A stretch of 64,000 nucleotides of DNA from Pseudomonas sp. (GCA_033720015.1 JAWWDH010000001.1:38097-102096); one strand, 5' to 3'. Shown: positions 1 to 9,286, counted from the stretch's first letter. The notes: a model not told the origin generated them from the letters alone. A program made the numbers and translations.

Positions 1-608
1 GCACTGACCTCCACTTTTTGGGTGGCGATGTCCCTTGCTTCCTCCGCTGACGCGTTCTCATCAGCGACATTCTCGGCTGGGCGATAGGGGAGCGCGGTTC
101 GGCACAACAGCAAATCGGTCTTCGCTCGCCATGCCGTCGTTCGGCCCGTGATGACGATATGCGCCTGCTGGAGCACTCGTACCAGCAACCGCCCGAGCTT
201 CCTGATTGCACGCTCGAAATCCTTGGGATCGCGCAGCCGGGCCTCGTCGACCGAGTCGAGAAGCAACCACCCTTCCTCTCCGGACGCAGCCCAGGCGCTG
301 AACTCCTCGAAGCTGCCCTCCTCGAAGGCATCCTCGAAATCCTGACTGACATGCTCGATCCGCACAAAGAAGGCAGGCTTTCCATCTTGCCGAAGCTTGC
401 GGGCGGTATTGCGGATCTCCTCCGTCTTGCCCGAGCCTGCCTCGGATAGCAGGATTACGCGATATTCGCTTAATAGATTGGACCAGCGAAGAGTCTCGCG
501 CTTACCCAGGCGGTGAGTCAGATCGACATCGTCGTTCGCGCCTGGCTCGAGTACGAGTTCATGGAAAGTCCGAGCGAGCGGGATGTATTCGTCAAGAGAG
601 CCAGTCAT
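1..608 (-). CDS. STAND/NACHT-family NTPase, N-terminal ~202 aa (runs off the window edge; absent from ORF track)
   Basis: Manual translation from ATG at 608: MTGSLDEYIPLARTFHEL...RVILLSEAGSGKTEE (Walker A)...WLLLDSVDEAR (Walker B)...IVITGR (sensor-1-like); no stop before base 1. Confidence 0.8.
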   Translation of the reverse strand, partial: MTGSLDEYIPLARTFHELVLEPGANDDVDLTHRLGKRETLRWSNLLSEYRVILLSEAGSGKTEEIRNTARKLRQDGKPAFFVRIEHVSQDFEDAFEEGSFEEFSAWAASGEEGWLLLDSVDEARLRDPKDFERAIRKLGRLLVRVLQQAHIVITGRTTAWRAKTDLLLCRTALPYRPAENVADENASAEEARDIATQKVEVS

Positions 609-864
609 AGCAGTCCGTTAAAAACTGGTTATCGAAAGATCGAGCAGCAAGGCGCTGCAACGTTGTAAGAAATTGGGCCGAGTATCAACGTCCGTATGTG
701 GACTCCTCCTCATTGCTTCTGGCCGTTCGCTGCCGGTCGTCACTAGGGCGTGTGCTGGTCAAGCCGAATGCAAACGGTTGGTCCGCACGAATACAAATGG
801 GTGGTCAGTGGCAATGCAAATGGGTGGTCAAGTGCGATGCAATTACGCACATTGACTGAGAGAG

Positions 865-1398
865 TCAAGTATTGAAGAGGCTGTCCCACCACCGGCGGAT
901 ACGAAGGGGGTGCTTTGCCGGTACTGGCGTGGTGACCGCTTGGTAAGCTGCCATCAGCGCCGGCTCCTTTACGAGCATACGGTAGACGCACAGGTTGGCG
1001 TCTGGAGTTGGTTTATCCAGGGAATACCCATGGTACCGATTGAGGTACATGGCCACGGCCGCGCTGCGTGACCGGCCAGCCTGGCAGTTGATCACGATGT
1101 CCTGACTGGCCGCCGCCAGCTCATCGAGCCGCCGCCTGAGGGCATCCGCTTTGTGCGCCAGGAAGTAGTCGGCATAGTGCCGCTCGAAGTCGCTGCCGTA
1201 GATCTCAAGCACATCCTCATCGAACCCAGCATCAACAAAGTGATGGAAGCTAACGCTGGCCCAGCGGGATTCATCGACCTGGATCTGATCGTCCCTGTCG
1301 TCGGATATAGAGATCAGGTGACAGAAAGCCGGTGGCGTGATGCTTAGTACCTCCCAGCGAGACAGGTAGTCACACACAGGCCCGCTAGCTAGTGGCAT
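865..1398 (-). CDS. Protein-tyrosine/dual-specificity phosphatase-like protein
   Basis: CX5R motif VINCQAGRSRSAAVA. Confidence 0.75.
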   Translation of the reverse strand: MPLASGPVCDYLSRWEVLSITPPAFCHLISISDDRDDQIQVDESRWASVSFHHFVDAGFDEDVLEIYGSDFERHYADYFLAHKADALRRRLDELAAASQDIVINCQAGRSRSAAVAMYLNRYHGYSLDKPTPDANLCVYRMLVKEPALMAAYQAVTTPVPAKHPLRIRRWWDSLFNT

Positions 1399-1401
1399 TG
1401 A

Positions 1402-1989
1402 TCAGCCCTCCCAGAACGCTCGTGCCTCAAGGTCCAGCCACAGCAGATCGCTTCCGATCTCTACCGGCCGAAAGCCCAGTGCCGCATAGCGTATCGCCGC
1501 CTTGTTTGCCGCTGCTGGCGTTTCCATGTCCGACTGCCCTAGCTGCAGGAAAGCCCGGGATACACCGCTGGATAGGCCCATCAGGGCCGTTCGGATTGCC
1601 TCGTGCTCTACTCGGGTACCCTTGAACTCGTCGCGTAGTTCGATGCCATGCAACAACACGGTGTCACGGTGCATGCCGCCTTCCAGGGGGTTATTTTCTG
1701 CCTCGTTTTCAAAGATCCCATAGATGAATGCAGCGATGGCGCTATGTGAATCTGCGACAAATGCAGGTTCCACTCCAAGGTTCAACGCGGCGTCAAAGCG
1801 GAACAGGCTGGCGGTCAAGCTGCCAACCTTGGTCGGGATTGCCCAGTTGTCGTCATCGACTTCCCCAACCAGGGCGAGGATATCCATGCGGTACTGCCGC
1901 TCGATGTCGTCGTAGATCGCTCCCGCGGGGTCGCAGTTCAGCTCGAACTCCGACCGCGCAGACAGCTTGGCAAACCGGGCTTCAGTCAT
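1402..1989 (-). CDS. Hypothetical protein, possible GNAT-fold acetyltransferase
   Basis: IELRDEFKGTRV and RYAALGFRPV resemble GNAT motifs A and B; tightly coupled to neighbouring genes. Confidence 0.45.
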   Translation of the reverse strand: MTEARFAKLSARSEFELNCDPAGAIYDDIERQYRMDILALVGEVDDDNWAIPTKVGSLTASLFRFDAALNLGVEPAFVADSHSAIAAFIYGIFENEAENNPLEGGMHRDTVLLHGIELRDEFKGTRVEHEAIRTALMGLSSGVSRAFLQLGQSDMETPAAANKAAIRYAALGFRPVEIGSDLLWLDLEARAFWEG

Positions 1990-2568
1990 TGCTTCCTTCC
2001 CCTTGATTGAGCATGGCCTGAACCTCGGCCGCAGTAATGATGAACCCCCGCTTGAGTAGGCTCAGGCGCAGGGTGTGGATGAACAGGTCCGGTGAGGGCT
2101 TTAATCCCAGGAGGATGATTTGTTCCTGGTCGTCCAACCCATGGATCAGACAGTAGTAGTCCACCGCCTGGTTAAACGCCTCGTCGAAACCCAGCCGCTT
2201 GATCGAGAAGTCCCGCTGTCCCTTTCCATAGCCCGGCATCTGCACCACGAATACTGGCTTAATTACGCTCGCATGATGAGGCTGCTTGCCCCGTGCTACG
2301 CGGAACATCGCACTCAGCCCGGTGGCCAGCGCTCCAGGGCCAGCATGCGACGGGTTGATGTCAGCTGCGCCGCCCGCCGGTGATCCATGGCGCAGGCCCG
2401 CCACTGGGCATCCAGGTCGTGAGCCAGTCGGCTGCCGGGGGACATGCCGTATTGATCCACAGAAAAATATTTCTGCCTGAATTCTCTGGCGGTACCGAGG
2501 GTGGTGGCCACCCGGAAGCCAACAAACCCCGCCGGGTGTTCGCCCTCGCCGTAGAAAATAACTGCCAT
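1982..2568 (-). pseudogene. Conserved plasmid hypothetical (AP2-like DNA-binding) gene split by a single-base frameshift near 2352
   Basis: ORFs 2314..2568 and 1982..2404 join as ...AAQLTSTPSHAGPG... if one C is added to a C3 run. Confidence 0.55.
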
Positions 2569-2755
2569 GCGTATGCCTTTGCTGGTTTGAGGAGAGGATA
2601 TCCGCCTCGCTCGCCCTTGAGTCGACTAAAGCTGCACGAATTTTGTCGGTTAGTTCTGGCCATGCTCACCATGCCCGCACTTCTGCTCATCCCAACCCCT
2701 TCTCGCTTGGGATTCCCTGTCGCCACCGTAGGCTGAATCTCAAAGCACCAGGCAG

Positions 2756-3898
2756 GTGCTCAAGAGGAAAACAGCCATGCACCAATCACTCGCCCGCGCC
2801 CACCAGTTCGATGACCAGGTGGTTATCCCAGCACTGGGCCAGCAGCTCTCGCTGCTTGGCTTCGAGCCTGAGCCTGCGCTATTGGCTGAGGGCACCTACT
2901 TCGATGCGCCGACCGTGGATTTGGATAGCTACGACAACATCGTCGTGTGTGCCAGCGGCGGGAAGGACTCAATAGCCTGCCTGCTCGCGCTGATCGAGCA
3001 AGGGGCGGACATGAGCCGGGTCGAGCTCTGGCACCATCGGGTCGACGGTAACGAGGGGAGCACCCTGATGGACTGGGCATTCATCGACAGCTACATGGAG
3101 AATTTCGCCGCGGCCTTTGGCGTGCCTCTGTACTTCTCCTGGCTGCAGGGCGGCATCGAGGGCGAAATGCTCAAGCAGGACGCCTACTCCCAGCCTCACA
3201 TGGTTGAAACCCCGGGCGGAATTATCTGCCTGGATCGTGATACCACCCGGACATCGCCGGGCACCCGCCGCCGGTTCCCGCAGCAAAGCGCCAACCTGGC
3301 CACCCGCTGGTGTAGCTCTGCCGCCAAGATCGACGTGGGTCGCCGGGCCATCACCAACCAGGATCGCTTCCTCGGCTCTAAGACCCTGTTCGTCACCGGC
3401 GAGCGCCGCGCAGAGTCGAGCAACCGCAGCAAGTACAACCAGCTGGAGCCCCATGCCGTTGACCGGCGCAAGGGCCGCCTGGGCCGCCACGTCGATGCAT
3501 GGCGCCCTGTGCTGCACTACAGCGAGGAACAGGTATGGGATCTGATGGCACGTCACCGCGTTGAGGCTCCGGTCCCCTACCGCCTGGGGTGGGGCCGAAG
3601 CAGCTGCATGACCTGCATCTACAACTCGCCCAAGGTCTGGGCCACCATCCGCAAGTATTTCCCTGATCGGATCGCGCCGGTAGCCGCCTACGAAGATGAG
3701 TTCGGTTGCACCATCAGCCGGCAGAAAATAAACGTGCTGGATCTGTCGGCCACCGCCGATGCCTTCGAGATCACTGACCTGGCCGCCCTGGCCCAGGCCA
3801 GCCAGAGCGAGTACACCTTGCCGATCTTCACGCCCGAGGGCCAGGCTTGGCAGATGCCGGCCGGCGCGTTCGTGACTGAGGGGTGCGGCTCGGTTTGA
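2756..3898 (+). CDS. Phosphoadenosine phosphosulfate (PAPS) reductase family protein
   Basis: PP-loop SGGKDS; RWCSSAAK; TGERRAES; SSCMTC; start may be ATG 2777. Confidence 0.8.
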   Translation: MLKRKTAMHQSLARAHQFDDQVVIPALGQQLSLLGFEPEPALLAEGTYFDAPTVDLDSYDNIVVCASGGKDSIACLLALIEQGADMSRVELWHHRVDGNEGSTLMDWAFIDSYMENFAAAFGVPLYFSWLQGGIEGEMLKQDAYSQPHMVETPGGIICLDRDTTRTSPGTRRRFPQQSANLATRWCSSAAKIDVGRRAITNQDRFLGSKTLFVTGERRAESSNRSKYNQLEPHAVDRRKGRLGRHVDAWRPVLHYSEEQVWDLMARHRVEAPVPYRLGWGRSSCMTCIYNSPKVWATIRKYFPDRIAPVAAYEDEFGCTISRQKINVLDLSATADAFEITDLAALAQASQSEYTLPIFTPEGQAWQMPAGAFVTEGCGSV

Positions 3899-3922
3899 TC
3901 GGCCTGGTACCCACCAGACAGC

Positions 3923-3946
3923 AAAAACCCCGCATTTGGCGGGGTT
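3923..3946. terminator. Intrinsic terminator between convergent genes
   Basis: AACCCCGC-atttg-GCGGGGTT stem with flanking A-run. Confidence 0.7.
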
Positions 3947-3951
3947 GTAAC

Positions 3952-4692
3952 CTATTCCCGGTGTCCTCCATCGACCTTATCGACGTAGGCTTCAAAGAAC
4001 CAAACCGGGATATCATCAGTCAGATATTTGAGTCCCGTGCCGTCCGTAATCTCGGCCAACTCGACCGAGCTGGCCCCTGAGTTGTCGAAGATAAAGGCGC
4101 GATTGCTACATGCCACTGCCTCCGGCAACAACTCAAGCGACTTCGCATAGCGCGCCCGCACCGTGTCAGGCTCTACCTTGTGGCCACCGCCTTCGACACG
4201 GATTCTCACCCGGTCAACATTGATTTCGGGGTTTTCTGTAGAGACGAAGTAGAGGTAGGTGCGGTACCCAAGTTCTTGGGCCCTGCGCAAAATATCAATT
4301 TTGCTTTGGTGAGACATGACCGTTTCAAAGGTGAAACTTTCACCTCGGTCGAGTAATTGCTGGCGGATGAAATCAGCAATTACAGCTGCAAAGTAGGAGT
4401 CGACTTTCACAGACCTGTAGTCGATCTTAGAGCCCTCAACGCGCAGCAGTGCCGCTTCTTGAGTGCGCTCTTTCTTGATAAGCAACGGGTGCTTTGCGTG
4501 CAGCTCTGCGATCTGATCGGCAGTCGGGTCTATGCCGAATGCAGCCAGGTCGATAAAGCCGGTGGCTTTGGCTTGAGCTTCAAGCTCATCTGCATTCACA
4601 TAGGTTTTAATCTGCAGGATGTCTGCTAGTTCATCCTTGATCGTGCTTTTGCCTGACCCATTGGGGCCAGCGAACATCCGAAGTCTAGGCAC
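3952..4692 (-). CDS. Zeta-toxin-like / COG4185-type P-loop kinase-ATPase
   Basis: AGPNGSGKST Walker A; YVNADE; SFTFETVMSH; RVEGGGH; FIFDNS. Confidence 0.8.
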   Translation of the reverse strand: MPRLRMFAGPNGSGKSTIKDELADILQIKTYVNADELEAQAKATGFIDLAAFGIDPTADQIAELHAKHPLLIKKERTQEAALLRVEGSKIDYRSVKVDSYFAAVIADFIRQQLLDRGESFTFETVMSHQSKIDILRRAQELGYRTYLYFVSTENPEINVDRVRIRVEGGGHKVEPDTVRARYAKSLELLPEAVACSNRAFIFDNSGASSVELAEITDGTGLKYLTDDIPVWFFEAYVDKVDGGHRE

Positions 4693-4972
4693 TGCAGCCT
4701 GCAGCCTGGCTTTCTACCCGGCGAACCGTGACCACCTGTCCTACCGTCACCTTGCGGCGTGGCTTGGCTTTACCCACCACGGAGATAGTCCCGTCACGGG
4801 ATACGCGCACCAGGTCACCATTGTTGATCCGTAAAACGCCCTTCGTGCTGGATTGGAGAGCACGGGTATAAGCGGAGTAAGTGGCGACCATGGCCTTATT
4901 CGCAAGAATGCTCAGACCCGGATCTTTACTGTCATCCGATTTCTTTGCTTTGGACTTGGCTTTCACGTTCAT
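4685..4972 (-). CDS. Small basic protein, putative antitoxin/partner of the zeta-like protein
   Basis: 95 aa, overlaps the downstream gene by 8 nt. Confidence 0.55.
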   Translation of the reverse strand: MNVKAKSKAKKSDDSKDPGLSILANKAMVATYSAYTRALQSSTKGVLRINNGDLVRVSRDGTISVVGKAKPRRKVTVGQVVTVRRVESQAAGCSA

Positions 4973-5065
4973 TGCACTCTCCAGACGAGCAATATGCTTT
5001 TCGCCTCAACTGGCATCATATTCAAAGCTTACCCGGTTGTCACCGCCGGCCCGTGCATCCCTCCG

Positions 5066-5661
5066 TTATGTTTCACGAACGGGGAACCCCGCATCGGCCA
5101 TAGCGGCAAGGGCCTGATTGTCATCCACCGGTACTGCCCAGGCCTTCTCCCCGTTGACCCAGCGTGTCCCTGCAGCCTTCGCCACCTCGCGCTCTGCATA
5201 GGGCACCTTGAAGCAGATCAGCGGGCGGGCGGGGTCAGGTAGCCCAACTCGCGAGCCTTGGCCAGGGCCTTGTCATTGTCCTCGGCCACCCACCAGGAAT
5301 CCAGCAACTCTGACCATTTGGCTCCCAGGCGGCTGGCTTTGCGGTTTTCCTCGAACGGGACATGCAGCACCACTCTCCCAGCCAGGGGATCGAATGGTTG
5401 CTCCCCGCTCCACTCCGGCGGCAGGACCCAGCGCCACGTTTTGAAGGTGCCGGCCGAGCCAATGACGAATCGCTCATCCTTCACCTCGCCTGACTCGAAG
5501 TCGTAGACGGTGGCGACTACGGTCGGATTGCCAAAGTACGGCCCTGGGCCCTTGAGCTCGCCCACCTCGATCACTTTGGCGATGGTGGTGCCCCAGGTTG
5601 TGCGGCGCACCCAGAATCCCGGCCGGCGTCCGTGTTCGTCGTACATCTCGTAGATGTTCAA
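5066..5661 (-). pseudogene. Protein with two DUF5710-like repeats, interrupted by a single-base frameshift near 5222
   Basis: First repeat LHVPFEENRKASRLGAKWS; after the apparent stop at 5218 the shifted frame reads LICFKVPYAEREVAKAAGTRWVNGEKAWAV...ET* ending at 5066. Confidence 0.65.
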
Positions 5662-7073
5662 TTGGCTTGTTCCTCTGTTGTCCTCACCCGAACAACATCA
5701 TCGGCAAAGGTCAGGCTCAGTTCCCCGGCGGCTACGGCCTGGCCGGCGCTGGTGACGATATCGCCCTGTGCGTCACGCACCAGGGCAAAGCCCCGACCGA
5801 GCAACGCAAGCGGGTTGGTCTTTTCGTATAGCATGCTGGCCATCTCCAGTTGGCTGCGGTCACGCACTACCCGGGCCTGGCCGGCAGACTTCGCCCGCCC
5901 GCCGGCCAGCAGGATCTGCTGACGCTGGCCGGCACAGAACTGCCGACCCAGCATCCCCAGGTCAGCTGCACGCCGATCAAGCAGCAGGCGCTGGCCACTG
6001 AGTAGCCGCCCCACCGCGACATCCACCCGACCCCGAGCCTGCAACGCAATCTGCTGCTGCCGATGGGTCAAGCCCCTCACCAGCCGGGAAAACTCACCCC
6101 ACCGCCTCTCAAGCAACGGCCGCTCACCCGCTGCCAAGGACAGAATCTTGGCCTTCCCTGCCTGCAGCCCGGTACGAAGCCCCGTTGCCTCAGCTATCAG
6201 GCTGGTCTTGATGAACCCGATGACCTTGGAGGGGGTGTCGAACTTGCGGTGCGCCACCAGGTCAAGCAGGCACTCGTCGATCTCGTGGCCAATCCCGGTG
6301 TAGACCGGGATCGGTAGCCGGCATACCCAGGCCCCAAGGTTGCCGTCATTCAGGTGCGCCAGATCCGCCTTGGCCCCGCCGCCGCGGATGATGCACACCG
6401 CATCGTAAGGATCGCCCTGGTGACGCTCATGCACCGCCCGCATCGCCGTCCGAATTGACTCCGAGGTGTCTTTCCCCTGGAAGGTGGCCGAGAAGTAGTC
6501 GAAGCGACACACACCCGCGTCATCAAGCAGCTGGGCGTCGCGTTTGAAGTCCGCAAGACCGGCTGCCTCGTGGGGCGAGATCACCGCAATACGCCAGTGC
6601 CCACCAGGAGCAGGCAGCTTGCGCTGCAGCTCGAACCAACCCTTGCTTTTCAGGGAGTGAATTATCTCCTGCAGCTTGGCCTGCATGTCGCCCAGGGTGT
6701 AGCTCGGGTCAAGACCAGTGGCATTGAGCGAGAAGCCGTACTGAGGCGACAGCTCTGCCCTGACCTTGATCAGTACCCTCATGCCGGCCTCTGGGAGGCC
6801 GCCAGTGACGTTTTTCCACTCAGCCATCACCTTGCCCGCCAAATTGGCGAACATCGTCACCTTGGCCTTGGCTACCTCCTTACCGGCCTCAGACTCGAGG
6901 ATGTCCATGTAGACATGGCCGTTTGCCCGCAGCTTGAAGTCGGAAAGCTCGGCTATAACCCAGCAACTATCAGGCATCGCCAGCTTGATCGCCTTCGATA
7001 CCTGCTTGAGGTAGGCACTGAGCGTCAGGTGCTCGCTATTGGCCACCAGCTGCCCTGCGACGGCATTCATCAC
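5658..7073 (-). CDS. xseA: Exodeoxyribonuclease VII large subunit
   Basis: N-terminal OB fold (WVIAELSDF...NGHVY), IAVISP, CIIRGGG..DLAHLND, VYTGIGHEIDECLLDLVA, DTPS, C-terminal P..LL.RGFALV. Confidence 0.9.
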   Translation of the reverse strand: MMNAVAGQLVANSEHLTLSAYLKQVSKAIKLAMPDSCWVIAELSDFKLRANGHVYMDILESEAGKEVAKAKVTMFANLAGKVMAEWKNVTGGLPEAGMRVLIKVRAELSPQYGFSLNATGLDPSYTLGDMQAKLQEIIHSLKSKGWFELQRKLPAPGGHWRIAVISPHEAAGLADFKRDAQLLDDAGVCRFDYFSATFQGKDTSESIRTAMRAVHERHQGDPYDAVCIIRGGGAKADLAHLNDGNLGAWVCRLPIPVYTGIGHEIDECLLDLVAHRKFDTPSKVIGFIKTSLIAEATGLRTGLQAGKAKILSLAAGERPLLERRWGEFSRLVRGLTHRQQQIALQARGRVDVAVGRLLSGQRLLLDRRAADLGMLGRQFCAGQRQQILLAGGRAKSAGQARVVRDRSQLEMASMLYEKTNPLALLGRGFALVRDAQGDIVTSAGQAVAAGELSLTFADDVVRVRTTEEQAN

Positions 7074-7273
7074 TTCGCCCCGCCCTGGTCACCGCCCAGG
7101 GTGGCGCTGAGTACGCTTTCGATGCTGCTCAGTCTCGCCAGGCAATACTCACGGGACTCCGCAAATTTGCGGGCTAGATCCTCCAACTCGTCGATTCCAA
7201 CCTGGTTGGCCTCAAGCCGGGACACGGTGTCGTTGATGAATTCCATGTGCTGCTCGTAAGTCTGTCGCTCCAC
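7070..7273 (-). CDS. xseB: Exodeoxyribonuclease VII small subunit
   Basis: TYEQHMEFINDTVSRLE..VGIDEL; 67 aa helical protein overlapping the xseA start by 4 nt. Confidence 0.85.
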   Translation of the reverse strand: MERQTYEQHMEFINDTVSRLEANQVGIDELEDLARKFAESREYCLARLSSIESVLSATLGGDQGGAK

Positions 7274-7458
7274 GTTAAAACTCCTTCCTGTTCAGGGCAC
7301 AGAGCGCACCCGGGCAATAGCTGGATTGTCTCTTTGTTCCGGGCAAAACCCAAACCTACGCTGGCTGTTTATTGCTCAACCACCCTCAGGCCAGCACAGC
7401 CAACCGGCCCACTGGGTTATCCACAGACTTACTCAGGTTTTCGGTGGACAACGCCAGC

Positions 7459-7484
7459 AAAAAGAAAGCCCGCTTAAAGCGGGC
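7459..7484 (-). terminator. Intrinsic terminator
   Basis: GCCCGC-tttaa-GCGGGC followed by TTTCTTTTTG on the minus strand. Confidence 0.7.
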
Positions 7485-7496
7485 CGGTTTGTTCGA

Positions 7497-8042
7497 TCAG
7501 TCCTGCCGCCCACTGGCTTCACCCGGGATCTTGATCGTCGGCCTCGGCAGCAGTGCTTGATATCGAGCATTGGCCTCAGGCAGCTCACTATCCTTAATCC
7601 AGGCCAGCATTAACGCGGCATCCCACTCAGCCTCCGGGGCCTGATGCATCTGGTACATCAGGTCATTCCAACCATATATATCGAGAGGTTTGTAACCTGC
7701 TAGCTTGGAGGCGATAAATCCAACCCAGGTTTGCTGGGTGAGACGGTGCTTATTCAACGCATGCTCGAACACCTTCGACACTATAAACAGCACCATCAGC
7801 GTCACGAACCAGAATCCGACATCGGGGTTTGGTGCATACAGCTGGTATATGGCGGTCAATCCGGCCCCAAATGCTGACACCCAACCGATATAATAGAGGA
7901 AACTGCACATCCTTTCATAAGCCATATCTCGCGGCCCATGTCCAGAACCGTTGAGATGCATTGCTATTGCATTCTGAACTTCCTCAAGCATGTTGATCTG
8001 CTGGTGTAACTCAACTACTTCACTCACTTTCACCTCCGGCAT
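7497..8042 (-). CDS. Hypothetical membrane protein (two TM segments)
   Basis: 181-aa ORF with two hydrophobic stretches, followed by a terminator. Confidence 0.6.
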   Translation of the reverse strand: MPEVKVSEVVELHQQINMLEEVQNAIAMHLNGSGHGPRDMAYERMCSFLYYIGWVSAFGAGLTAIYQLYAPNPDVGFWFVTLMVLFIVSKVFEHALNKHRLTQQTWVGFIASKLAGYKPLDIYGWNDLMYQMHQAPEAEWDAALMLAWIKDSELPEANARYQALLPRPTIKIPGEASGRQD

Positions 8043-8056
8043 TCTAATTCCTCATT

Positions 8057-8359
8057 TTATTCAATCAGTAACTGCTTCTCATCACGACCCATCGGCATGT
8101 GCAGGCTCACTTTGTTGCCCTGTTCCTCTCCCGCTATAATCGCGGCTATCTCTGCCAGGTTAATCTTGCGCCTTGCCATCTTGAATCCATGCTCTTCCGC
8201 CCGGGACGCTTCATCATCAGAATAATCCAGGTGGAATTCATCCGTCAGTTTTCGCGGCTGCCTCAATGCCGATTAAGCTTCGTATGTATTCAAAGACTGC
8301 GACAGCGCCAAACACTTCTTAATCTTCTCCAATTCCCGCGCTTTATCAATTTCCGCCAT
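8057..8359 (-). pseudogene. DUF2786-family pseudogene with an in-frame TAA at 8273-8275
   Basis: MAEIDKARELEKIKKCLALSQSLNTYEA*SALRQPRKL matches the DUF2786 pattern KIKKCLAL..S.N.HEA..ALRQA.KL. Confidence 0.7.
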
Positions 8360-8403
8360 GTGTATCCCCCAGTTCATAAACGACCGCTGCGCGACACACT
8401 CTC

Positions 8404-8886
8404 TCACCCATGAAACAAAACCCAAAATGGGCGGACATGATCATTGCCGTGCATAAAATACTTCTCGGCCAAACTCACAGGCGAATTAATCTCGCTCGGC
8501 CTCGGCAGCCTTCCCGAAAACCGTGATGACAACATTGACGCCAATATCATCCGCTCCTGCTCAGTGCTTCTGAATAAGCCTCCCATCAATTGCGCTAGCG
8601 AATCCCGCGCAGCTTCAAGAAACGCAACCACCCGCACACTTATCGGGACCTCACGGTATTCCGTCATGATCCCAATCAAGTCCGAAAGCACTCGCAGAGA
8701 TTTCTCCCTTAACGCATGCACCTTCTGAAAACAGATCACCGCAACTATCAAATCTACACAGGCCGGAAAATCCCTCTCGATCTCCAGCAGAACTTCCCTG
8801 AAACCAATCTCATCCGCCGGCAGCGCAAATCCGTTCAGCGGGAATTCTCCGCTCAGCGTCATGATTGTCTTCAGTCTTCGATTCAT
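8404..8886 (-). CDS. Hypothetical protein
   Basis: ORF 8404..8928; ATG 8886 follows the upstream stop. Confidence 0.55.
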   Translation of the reverse strand: MNRRLKTIMTLSGEFPLNGFALPADEIGFREVLLEIERDFPACVDLIVAVICFQKVHALREKSLRVLSDLIGIMTEYREVPISVRVVAFLEAARDSLAQLMGGLFRSTEQERMILASMLSSRFSGRLPRPSEINSPVSLAEKYFMHGNDHVRPFWVLFHG

Positions 8887-8896
8887 ATAGCCGCCA

Positions 8897-9286
8897 TTAT
8901 TCGCTGCGCGACACAGTGTTATCTGCAAGCATCTGCTGCTCGAACGTTATTCGGTTCATCAGGCAATACTCAACCGGGTAGCCGTTTATGTTGAAGTGCA
9001 CTCTCTGGCGCTCATCCTCAAAGCGGCATGTCGCAATCACAAACTTCAGTCCGCCCGATATGTACTTGTGGCTAACCAAACACGCTTGCTCACCCACTAT
9101 CGAAACGCCGTGAAGGTCCTCCCAGTCATAACTCACTCCACCGCAACGCAGTCCCTCGTTGGTAACCGTCAGGATCTCCATCACCTGGTCAGCCCCGGCC
9201 GGCACAGCAAAGAACTTCCCATTCGGTAGAACAGGCGGCCAATACTCACCCGGCCTTATCTCTCTGAATTCCAATCGCCCCTCCAT
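8897..9286 (-). CDS. Hypothetical protein
   Basis: ATG 9286 with GAGGAAG RBS directly after the upstream stop. Confidence 0.6.
   Translation of the reverse strand: MEGRLEFREIRPGEYWPPVLPNGKFFAVPAGADQVMEILTVTNEGLRCGGVSYDWEDLHGVSIVGEQACLVSHKYISGGLKFVIATCRFEDERQRVHFNINGYPVEYCLMNRITFEQQMLADNTVSRSE

Noticed and set aside
148-449. Plus-strand ORFs at the left edge
   Set aside because: Antisense to the NTPase gene read on the minus strand.
2756-3898. Dnd phosphorothioation or cysH sulfur-assimilation locus
   Set aside because: No dndA/B/D/E or cys genes nearby.
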